Shown here: positions 56,923 through 64,000 of the stretch, in pieces | Layout: each line of letters starts with the position of its first letter | Position numbering within the stretch: the stretch's first letter is position 1 | NCBI GenBank assembly: GCA_037441705.1 | Contig: JBBIRR010000010.1 | Location: forward strand, 19,597 to 83,596 | Reading direction: 5' to 3' | DNA: 64,000 nucleotides | Source of the DNA: Ignavibacteriales bacterium | GTDB taxonomy: Bacteria > Bacteroidota > Ignavibacteria > UBA10030 > UBA6906 | Made by a program: the position numbers and the translations under genes | The notes under the pieces: generated by a model | The model's database searches: none | What the model saw: only the letters and a program-made list of their open reading frames with translations | Told to the model about the DNA's origin: nothing

Positions 56923-59031
56923 TTATTTCACCATCACCATCTTCTTCACGGCCGTGAAGGAGTTTGTCTGAATTCGATAGAGATAGACTCCCGTCGCCGC
57001 TTGCACGTTGTTGCGATCTTTCCCATCCCACACCACCTCATAGTTACCGGGGATGAGGTCTTTGCCGTCAACCAACGTGGTGACGAGTCTGCCGAGCATA
57101 TCGAACACCTGCAGCGTTACGGTCTCCTGCTTCGGCAGCGAGAAGGCAATCGTCGTCGTCGGGTTGAAGGGATTGGGGAAGTTCTGCTTCAGCGCGAACT
57201 CCTTCGGGATTCTGTCGTCGACAGGCTGCACGTCGGTCGGATACCAGCCGAGCGCCTTCTGCAGGATCGCGACCGCATACTTCGTGTTGTGCACGCCGTA
57301 GCTGCCGTCATTCTTCACAAAATAGTAGGTGTAGATGCCGGCTACAAGATCGAGGCGATCGCGGATGCGTGCCGAGTCTGCCGCGGTAACGATACCGCCG
57401 CCGATCGGTTCGCCGTCGGCACCGAGGGGCAAGCGAGATTTGAGGACCTCGAGCATGCCGTGAATTTCGGACTGCACGCCCTCGATCACGCCGTCCCGAT
57501 CAAAATCATACGGTGCAATGATCCCGTCGAATGACGTGATAGGACCATGGCAGCCGACGCACGCCGTCACCTGATCATGCGCGCCGCCAACCGTATCGAT
57601 CATGGACATCTCGTGGTCGGAGTGGACACTGGAGCCGTTCACCCGCTCGGGCATGTGGCACGTTACGCAGCCGTTGGCAAGACCCGTATGCGTATTCAAC
57701 CCCGCCAGTCTCGTATCACCAAACTCATACGAGTTGCGTCCGAAGAACATGTCGGCTTGCGGACTCCCGTGCGGATTGAAGCGGCTGCCGAACCCGTAGT
57801 ACGGTGGGTTGTTCGGCTTCACCTTCTGGACGTAGCGTGCCTGATGGCAGTTCATGCAGATTTGTCCCTTGCCCGCAATTCCACTCGGCGCACGCCAGCC
57901 GTTCTTCAGCGAATCGAACGTAACTGCGCGCAGCTGGTTCGGATTCTCGTCGCTGTGCGGATCGTGGCAGGCCTGGCAGGAGATGTTCTTGTTTCCGTCC
58001 GCTGCATCGCTCCAGCCCGGCGCAGATTTGTTGCCGATCCATTTTGCGAACGCTGAGCCGCTGTGGCACGGGAAGCAACTCGTACGCGCCGTGTGGCTTC
58101 CTTCGGGGAAGGTTGCATGCTTCGATGCTGCCCAGTAGCTTCCAAGCCGATGCTTGCGCGGCGCATCGTGGCATTGCTGGCATACGCCCGCATCCCAGGT
58201 GTAGTCGATCTTGGTTGCGTCGCCGAAATGGTTACCGCCGGGACCGTGGCAGCTCTCGCAGGTAATGTTTGCTACCGGTACCATGGACGAAGGAAGATTC
58301 CGCCACAACGTCGAGTCCTGATACACGATCCAGTAGTCGCCGCCATAGAACGGCAGACCGCGCCACCACGTTGAATCCCATTGCGTCTGATGCGCAAGGT
58401 AGCCGAAGTTGCCGTTGTTGGTGAGAGGTTCCCATCCCGTTGTGTGGCACTTGATGCAGGCCGGTGCATACGCCCCGCGACCGGTCGGCTCGACTTCCAA
58501 CTGTCCGGTAATGCCTCGCGTGAAAATGCTGGCGTGCAGCGTGTGTTCCCATTCGGCTTTCTTGTCCGCGTGGCACACACTCAGCCCGCCGCATCCCGGA
58601 GGAACGGACGTTACGCCCGCGTACGTGCTTGCAAACAGCGTATCGTACGCATCAATCGTTCCGTTGGCTGTCACCTTCACAATGTACTGCCCGATCAAAT
58701 CAGGAATGAAGCGCACAAACTTGTTGCTGGGTGTGTCGATCGCCGCGGTGGAACCGCTTGGCTTGGAGACAATCGACCAGTTGAACGACGTCACCGCTCC
58801 GGTGGTATCGGCAGAAAGATACACCATCATTCCTTTCCCAACGACCCGGAGACCGGTGGAGATGTAATAGGGGCCCGGAGGTGGTGTGTAGTTCGGCGGA
58901 CCGGAGGAACGCCGCCCGGGCGACATTGCCTCGCGTCGGATTTTCACCGTTTGCGCGGCAACGTCCAGCGTGAGCGCGGCAAGCAGGCTCATGATGACCA
59001 GCAAGCCGCAGAATGAACCAATTCTCTTCAT
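56923..59031 (-). CDS. Multiheme c-type cytochrome (8 CxxCH plus one CX5CH) with PKD/Ig-like N-domain and T9SS/FlgD-type C-terminal domain
   Basis: Signal peptide; CGGLSVCH, CIKCH, CESCH, CQQCH, CFPCH, CQACH, CMNCH, CVTCH, CVGCH; DGSYGVHN helix motif; QNFPNPFNP..WDGKD..GVYLY..KKMVMVK. Confidence 0.93.
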   Translation of the reverse strand: MKRIGSFCGLLVIMSLLAALTLDVAAQTVKIRREAMSPGRRSSGPPNYTPPPGPYYISTGLRVVGKGMMVYLSADTTGAVTSFNWSIVSKPSGSTAAIDTPSNKFVRFIPDLIGQYIVKVTANGTIDAYDTLFASTYAGVTSVPPGCGGLSVCHADKKAEWEHTLHASIFTRGITGQLEVEPTGRGAYAPACIKCHTTGWEPLTNNGNFGYLAHQTQWDSTWWRGLPFYGGDYWIVYQDSTLWRNLPSSMVPVANITCESCHGPGGNHFGDATKIDYTWDAGVCQQCHDAPRKHRLGSYWAASKHATFPEGSHTARTSCFPCHSGSAFAKWIGNKSAPGWSDAADGNKNISCQACHDPHSDENPNQLRAVTFDSLKNGWRAPSGIAGKGQICMNCHQARYVQKVKPNNPPYYGFGSRFNPHGSPQADMFFGRNSYEFGDTRLAGLNTHTGLANGCVTCHMPERVNGSSVHSDHEMSMIDTVGGAHDQVTACVGCHGPITSFDGIIAPYDFDRDGVIEGVQSEIHGMLEVLKSRLPLGADGEPIGGGIVTAADSARIRDRLDLVAGIYTYYFVKNDGSYGVHNTKYAVAILQKALGWYPTDVQPVDDRIPKEFALKQNFPNPFNPTTTIAFSLPKQETVTLQVFDMLGRLVTTLVDGKDLIPGNYEVVWDGKDRNNVQAATGVYLYRIQTNSFTAVKKMVMVK

Positions 59032-59097
59032 AAGGATCCTTTCAAGATGAGAGTGCACGAGTGATGAGAGGGAGTACCCTCGTCAAACAGGATGATG

Positions 59098-59115
59098 TGC
59101 CAATGTACATGCCAG
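59098..59115 (-). promoter_or_regulatory. Sigma54-like -24/-12 promoter of the second cytochrome gene
   Basis: Minus strand CTGGCATGTACATTGGCA, about 67 nt upstream of the ATG. Confidence 0.55.
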
Positions 59116-59200
59116 AGAATGAGGACCGCTGTGAGGTCACCACCCAAACGCGTAGCCATAAATAAAGATTCATCCCCCATTTCTTGGTATTTTCGATGGT

Positions 59201-59339
59201 GAAGAAAATCTCAACGGCGAGCCGACCATGTCTCTCCTATTCGGATGTTCTTGTCTTGTGATTGTTAGGAAAAGGAAATTGCAATCGTGGGAAACGTTGA
59301 GATTCTCTACAAGAGAGTTGGGATGGTGAGATTTTCATC
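59201..59339. promoter_or_regulatory. Three copies of a 7-1-7 imperfect palindrome (GTTGAGA-W-TCTCAAC), putative activator sites
   Basis: 59201-15 GAAGAAAATCTCAAC; 59296-310 GTTGAGATTCTCTAC; 59325-39 GGTGAGATTTTCATC; a fourth copy at 54424-38 GATGAAAATCGCAAC. Confidence 0.45.
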
Positions 59340-59362
59340 AGATCATTCTCTATCTTGAACGC

Positions 59363-60310
59363 ATGAGAACCCGGACACCACTCAAGCCGCGCAAACTGAA
59401 ACGCGGCGATCTCATCGGCATCGTCTCACCGGCAAGTCCCGTCGCCGATGCAACACGCGTCGAAAAAGGCGTACGCTATCTCGAATCGCTTGGCTATCGC
59501 GTGAAAGTGGGAAGGAATGTGGGAAAGACATTCGGCTATCTCGCGGGAACGGATGCAGAGCGTGCAGCCGATCTGCACGAAATGTTTGCCGATCCTGACG
59601 TCAAGGCGATCGTGTGCGTGCGCGGCGGTTACGGAACGCCGCGCCTCCTCGCGCTTCTGAACTACCGCCTCATTGCCCGTCATCCGAAAATTTTCGTTGG
59701 CTTCAGTGACGTGACCGCGCTGCAGCTTGCGATCTGGAAGAAATGCCGTCTCATCACATTTCACGGCCCGATGGCAGGCGTGGAGATGGCGAACGCGATG
59801 GACCCCTTTACCGAAGAGATGTTCTGGCGGTGCCTCACGTCCGAGAAGAAACTGAACGCGGTGCCTCTTCCTGAGAAGCCCCAGGTTCTCTCGCCCGCGG
59901 CCGCCGCGACCGGAAGACTGTTGGGAGGAAATCTCTCGCTTGTGCTCTCGCTGCTGGGTACGCCGTATCAACCGGACTTCACCGGCGCGCTGCTGTTCCT
60001 CGAAGAAGTTGCCGAAGAGCCGTACCGCATCGATCGGATGCTCACGCAGTTGCGCAACGCATCGGTGATGTCGAAGGTGAGCGGTATTCTGTTCGGCCGG
60101 TTCACCGACTGTGTCCCTTCAGACCGGACGAAGCCTTCGTTCAGCGTCGAAGAGGTTTTGCGGGAAGTGGTACAAGCACTTCCCATACCGGTGCTTGCGG
60201 AAGTTCCGTTCGGTCATGTTCCGACAAAGCTCACCCTTCCTGTTGGCGTGCGCGCTCGCATCGCCCCGAGCGATGCCTCGCTCGCGTTCCTCGAAGGGGC
60301 TGTTCGGTAG
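59363..60310 (+). CDS. ldcA: LD-carboxypeptidase (peptidase S66)
   Basis: SPAS, LAG.D.ERA.D, RGGYG..R, GFSD.T, HGP, GGNL, LEEV.E..YRIDR.L.QL, FGH. Confidence 0.93.
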   Translation: MRTRTPLKPRKLKRGDLIGIVSPASPVADATRVEKGVRYLESLGYRVKVGRNVGKTFGYLAGTDAERAADLHEMFADPDVKAIVCVRGGYGTPRLLALLNYRLIARHPKIFVGFSDVTALQLAIWKKCRLITFHGPMAGVEMANAMDPFTEEMFWRCLTSEKKLNAVPLPEKPQVLSPAAAATGRLLGGNLSLVLSLLGTPYQPDFTGALLFLEEVAEEPYRIDRMLTQLRNASVMSKVSGILFGRFTDCVPSDRTKPSFSVEEVLREVVQALPIPVLAEVPFGHVPTKLTLPVGVRARIAPSDASLAFLEGAVR

Positions 60311-60343
60311 CGCCTGTTGCGCGGTGCACGTTTATCCCAGCGA

Positions 60344-63300
60344 TCACTTCACAAGCACCATTGCACGCGTTGCGCTGAATGTCCCTGCATGGATCCGGTA
60401 GAAATACACGCCTGATGCCCGGGCCTGCCCATCAAACTTCACGGTATGGAAACCCGGCTGCTTCATTTCATCCACGAGTCTCATCACTTCTCTGCCCAGC
60501 ACATCATACAAGGTAATCTTCACGTGCGTCTGATTCGGGACATCAAACCGTATTTCCGTTACAGGGTTGAACGGGTTCGGGAAGTTTTGGTGCAACGCAA
60601 ACTCACGGGGCAAAGCGCGATCGGCCACAGACGCAACCGTGACATGAATGGCTCCGTTGTAGTGCACGGTTCCATCGAGGTCGATTTGCTTCAACCGGTA
60701 GTAGGGCAGCGCGGGGGTTGCGAGTGTGTCGAGGTAGCTGTAGTATTGCGGGTCGAGCGTTGTGCCGTGACCGGGAACGAAGCTGTTGGGAATGGTTTCA
60801 AACCCGGCGTGCTGTGCGTTCGATTTCTGCACCTCAAATCCATAGTTGTTGATCTCGCTGATCGTCATCCACTCGAGCAGGACGCGTCCGGGACCAGCCT
60901 GCTGGCCGGTGAATGACCCGATCTGGACAGGAACAGGAATCGGAGGATGATAGAGGTTGATGTAGGCGCGCACCGTGTCATGAGCGCCTGCGCCGTTCCT
61001 GTATGCGGTCACAAGAATGTGTTTCATGCCGCCGCCCGTAGAGGGCGGAATGGTGTAATTCGCCTTGAAGACATGCCAGCCGTCGGCGATTGTGCCGGAA
61101 TCGGCAAGGGTGAGCGTGCCAGCAACACCAAACGCAGCGAGGCTGGCAATCACGCTGTCCGCTCCGCCGTTGGGTTTCACAAGAATGCGAAGTGTGATGG
61201 CATCGCCTGTTGCAGAATCCTGCAGGTCAATTGCCGTAGGAAGAATGGAGGGAGGGAACGGCGCGGGACTGAAGCCGCTGGCCGTGTTCCCGCGAATGAG
61301 CCCCCATCCTTCATTGTTGTTGTTGGGACGCGCGGCACCGGTGACTGCGGCTCCCGTTGCCGCAAGCGCTTTGCGAACAGCGCCCGGGGTCCAGCTTGGA
61401 TTTGCCTGAAGCAGCATCGCACAGGTTCCTGCCACATGCGGCGCGGCAAACGATGTTCCTTCCCACCAATCATACATTCCAACGCTCGGCGCGTTCGGAA
61501 ACGGATCAGCGAGATAGATGTCGCCAGCGGGACCGGCGATCGGTCCGCTGTCGTGGTGTGAACCGTTACCGTCGCCTCCGGCCGCGACAAGGTCGGGCTT
61601 GGTCCGCCCGTTGGCAACCGGTCCGCGCGAACTGATGGGCATGATGGTGCCGCCGCTGCGCAGCGTGCCGCCGACGGTCATCGCATTGAAATTGTCTCCC
61701 GGTTTGGTAATCGTGCTGCCCCCGGGCCCGTTGTTACCTGCCGATTTCGTGAAGACGACCCCGCGGGCGACCGCCCAGTCCACATACTGCGTCACGCGTC
61801 CGGCGCCGCTATCCGCTGCACCGTAGCCGGCGCTGAAGTTGATGACGTCAACGCCGACCGTATCCACCGCCCACTTGATGGCCTGAATAGTTTGTGCTTC
61901 GACTGCGTCATGCGCCATAGCGAGCACAGCGTTATAGGCCGTCCCCATAAACGGATTGTAGTTTGCATTGGAGTTGGTACGATCAACAAGTCCGGCCACT
62001 GCAACAGAAGAGACTTCGCTGCCGTGATCTCCATAGACGCGAGGCTTGCGCGCGCCGCCTGCGTAGTCATTCCACGCAATCACCTTGCTGGAGTTTGCAT
62101 ACCAGGGGTACACGTTGCCTCCGACATCGCGCGTGTCGCGCCAGCCGATGTGAACCAACGCAAGCTTGTTTGCCGTTTCGTCGGTAGCCGCTATGGAAAC
62201 CGACGGATTCCAGAGTCTTGTGTCATAATCAAAGCTCATTTTTTTTGAAACATCCGCGTTGTCATTCACCGTGGCCGAGTCACCATCATCCCAGGCGATG
62301 GCGGCGTCCCCACCATTGCGATGTCGTTTGTATCGGACGGAAAGCGCTCCGTCTCGTGCATCATACCACACCACGTGCACGATTCGTCTGAACACGCCCG
62401 ACGTGCTCGTATCGCGCGTAACGGCGATGTCGGGAATCGGTGAGGCCGCTACCGTTGTGGTAAGCACGATGGGCGAACCCGGAGGAGAGGGGAATCGCGT
62501 GTATCGTAATGTCGAGTCTCTGCCGAAAACGACGTGTGCCGTTCCGTCCTTCGTTGCGACGGAAGGATAGGCGGGAAGGATTGGCGGCGCGGTTGAGAGG
62601 ACAATCCCGTACACCTCTGTCCATGTTGCACCGTCGTCAGCACTTCCGTAGAGAAAGAGTTTTTCGTTGGCATCACCGACGCCATCGTTGTGCACACGAT
62701 GGAACACGAGATGCACATCGGCCCCGTCCGCCGAAGCGTCCAGCTCATCAAACACATAGTTGTACGGGGAAACTCCACCTGTTGGCGGTTTCACCTCGCT
62801 GAAGACCGTCTGCACGCCCATCCACGTGTTGGTACCGAGGTCGTTCGAGCGGCGCAGCTTCACTTCTGCCGTCACCGTCCACGGATCGCCAATCCCCGGC
62901 TGCACAAACGCTCGCTCGTCCCACGCCGCATGTGCCCACACGGTTGCGCCCTCAACCGTGACCGCTAGGCCGATATGATCGAGGTAGTACCCGGCGAGCG
63001 TGCTCCATGTTGGCGAGGTGTAGAGTTCAAGGGGACTGCTCCACGTGGCGCCGGCGTCGGCACTGCGAACAACCGTCACCGTATGGCGAGGACCATTCGT
63101 ATCGTACCACAAACGGCTGTACAGCGCAACAACATACTGCGTCGCCCCATCGGCTGCAACACCGATTTCAAAATCCTCGATGATGGATGTTGCCCCGGCA
63201 TCCGCAATGACTCGCGCTGTATCCCACGTAATGCCATAGTCGCTGCTTCGCATATAGTAGAGCTTGGTCAAATCATTGGAGCGCTTTGGCAGCAGATGAA

Positions 63301-63979
63301 CCCATGACAGCGATGCCGCGATTGAGATCGGGGCGCTGTGAAACATTGTATCGGCGAAAGAACTCGGGAGGATTTTTTCCGTCACCCAATAAGCAGGGTG
63401 GAAGGGCCATATGCCCAGATCGAACACGGCAATCTTGCGATGGCGGTTTGCGCCGGTTGTATCCCAGAAGTATCCGCCCACTGTTGCTTCCTGCAGCGAA
63501 CGTGTATCCATCGCATTATAACTCACCGCTTGATACGCGCTGTAGGCAGGATGACTTGCCGCACCGCGCCGCCCTTCCGGCTGTCGCGGCGGCGACTCTT
63601 CAATGTAGTCGACAAACGGCATGAGCACAGCGGTGAAGATGGAGGACGCAGGAATCGAAACGGAGACTTCGTTCGTCAGTTCAGAGAGGCCGAGCAGCTG
63701 AGCGGCGGGGAGATTCTTCGCCGCATCGATATATGCCTGATGCATCGGCGGCAGGAAGCTGCGACGCGGCAGGTCGGTCACGTCATAGCGGGGTCTGTCG
63801 CGCAGTTGCATCCACACCACCATCCGATCGGAAGGGGAAACAACGGCCAGCTTCTGGAGAAGCTGGGGATGGACTTTCGCGGCGAAACCGCTTTGCTGAA
63901 TCTGCCGGACAAGCAACTCATCCGCATGCGTCACGACGCTTGCGAGAAGGACAAGCAGCAGAACACTTCTCATAACCAT
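60344..63979 (-). CDS. S8 subtilase with a large BNR/Asp-box insertion and T9SS C-terminal domain
   Basis: IAVFDLG (D187), DHGSEV (H652), SAGN.G, SSRGP..GR.KPDLVA, GTSFAAPHVAG (S843); S.D.G.TW repeats; QNFPNPFNP..RAMVLVK. Confidence 0.9.
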   Translation of the reverse strand: MVMRSVLLLVLLASVVTHADELLVRQIQQSGFAAKVHPQLLQKLAVVSPSDRMVVWMQLRDRPRYDVTDLPRRSFLPPMHQAYIDAAKNLPAAQLLGLSELTNEVSVSIPASSIFTAVLMPFVDYIEESPPRQPEGRRGAASHPAYSAYQAVSYNAMDTRSLQEATVGGYFWDTTGANRHRKIAVFDLGIWPFHPAYWVTEKILPSSFADTMFHSAPISIAASLSWVHLLPKRSNDLTKLYYMRSSDYGITWDTARVIADAGATSIIEDFEIGVAADGATQYVVALYSRLWYDTNGPRHTVTVVRSADAGATWSSPLELYTSPTWSTLAGYYLDHIGLAVTVEGATVWAHAAWDERAFVQPGIGDPWTVTAEVKLRRSNDLGTNTWMGVQTVFSEVKPPTGGVSPYNYVFDELDASADGADVHLVFHRVHNDGVGDANEKLFLYGSADDGATWTEVYGIVLSTAPPILPAYPSVATKDGTAHVVFGRDSTLRYTRFPSPPGSPIVLTTTVAASPIPDIAVTRDTSTSGVFRRIVHVVWYDARDGALSVRYKRHRNGGDAAIAWDDGDSATVNDNADVSKKMSFDYDTRLWNPSVSIAATDETANKLALVHIGWRDTRDVGGNVYPWYANSSKVIAWNDYAGGARKPRVYGDHGSEVSSVAVAGLVDRTNSNANYNPFMGTAYNAVLAMAHDAVEAQTIQAIKWAVDTVGVDVINFSAGYGAADSGAGRVTQYVDWAVARGVVFTKSAGNNGPGGSTITKPGDNFNAMTVGGTLRSGGTIMPISSRGPVANGRTKPDLVAAGGDGNGSHHDSGPIAGPAGDIYLADPFPNAPSVGMYDWWEGTSFAAPHVAGTCAMLLQANPSWTPGAVRKALAATGAAVTGAARPNNNNEGWGLIRGNTASGFSPAPFPPSILPTAIDLQDSATGDAITLRILVKPNGGADSVIASLAAFGVAGTLTLADSGTIADGWHVFKANYTIPPSTGGGMKHILVTAYRNGAGAHDTVRAYINLYHPPIPVPVQIGSFTGQQAGPGRVLLEWMTISEINNYGFEVQKSNAQHAGFETIPNSFVPGHGTTLDPQYYSYLDTLATPALPYYRLKQIDLDGTVHYNGAIHVTVASVADRALPREFALHQNFPNPFNPVTEIRFDVPNQTHVKITLYDVLGREVMRLVDEMKQPGFHTVKFDGQARASGVYFYRIHAGTFSATRAMVLVK

Positions 63980-64000
63980 GGTGACCTCCCGTGTGGTTGA

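Noticed and set aside
56923-59031. Annotating the second cytochrome as NrfA nitrite reductase or HAO
   Set aside because: No CxxCK catalytic motif and no nrfH/nrfBCD neighbours; the T9SS CTD and Ig-like domain are atypical for these enzymes

Overview
GC-rich bacterial chromosomal segment with about 60 genes. It probably comes from an FCB-group organism (Ignavibacteria-like), inferred from five proteins ending in an 'N(Y/F)PNPFN...K(M/L).L.K'-type T9SS C-terminal sorting domain. Housekeeping genes include thyA-folA, leucine dehydrogenase, nusB, lpxH, PBP1A, queF plus a queuosine-precursor transporter, two cold-shock genes, fbaB, htpX and ldcA. I found no rRNA, tRNA, CRISPR array or transposase. 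Two candidate undescribed systems stand out. (1) At 52.8-64 kb, two multiheme c-type cytochromes (8 CxxCH; 8 CxxCH plus one CX5CH) each carry a Sec signal and a T9SS sorting domain. They share a sigma54-like promoter motif and a 7-1-7 upstream palindrome, flank a GT39-TPR gene, and lie near a T9SS subtilase with a large BNR-repeat insertion. This suggests T9SS-exported extracellular electron-transfer proteins. (2) At 35.9-45.8 kb, a nonulosonate operon (NeuB, HAD phosphatase, cytidylyltransferase, sialyltransferase-like GT) also contains a split transketolase with altered active-site residues, a class III aminotransferase, an SDR and a fatty-acid hydroxylase/sterol desaturase. This suggests an unusual amino-sugar or sialylated glycolipid. 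Other items are a YhcG-N/DNA-methyltransferase fusion, two TA modules, three small ORFs and short tandem repeats in operon spacers. All family calls come from motif recognition by eye; no database searches were run.
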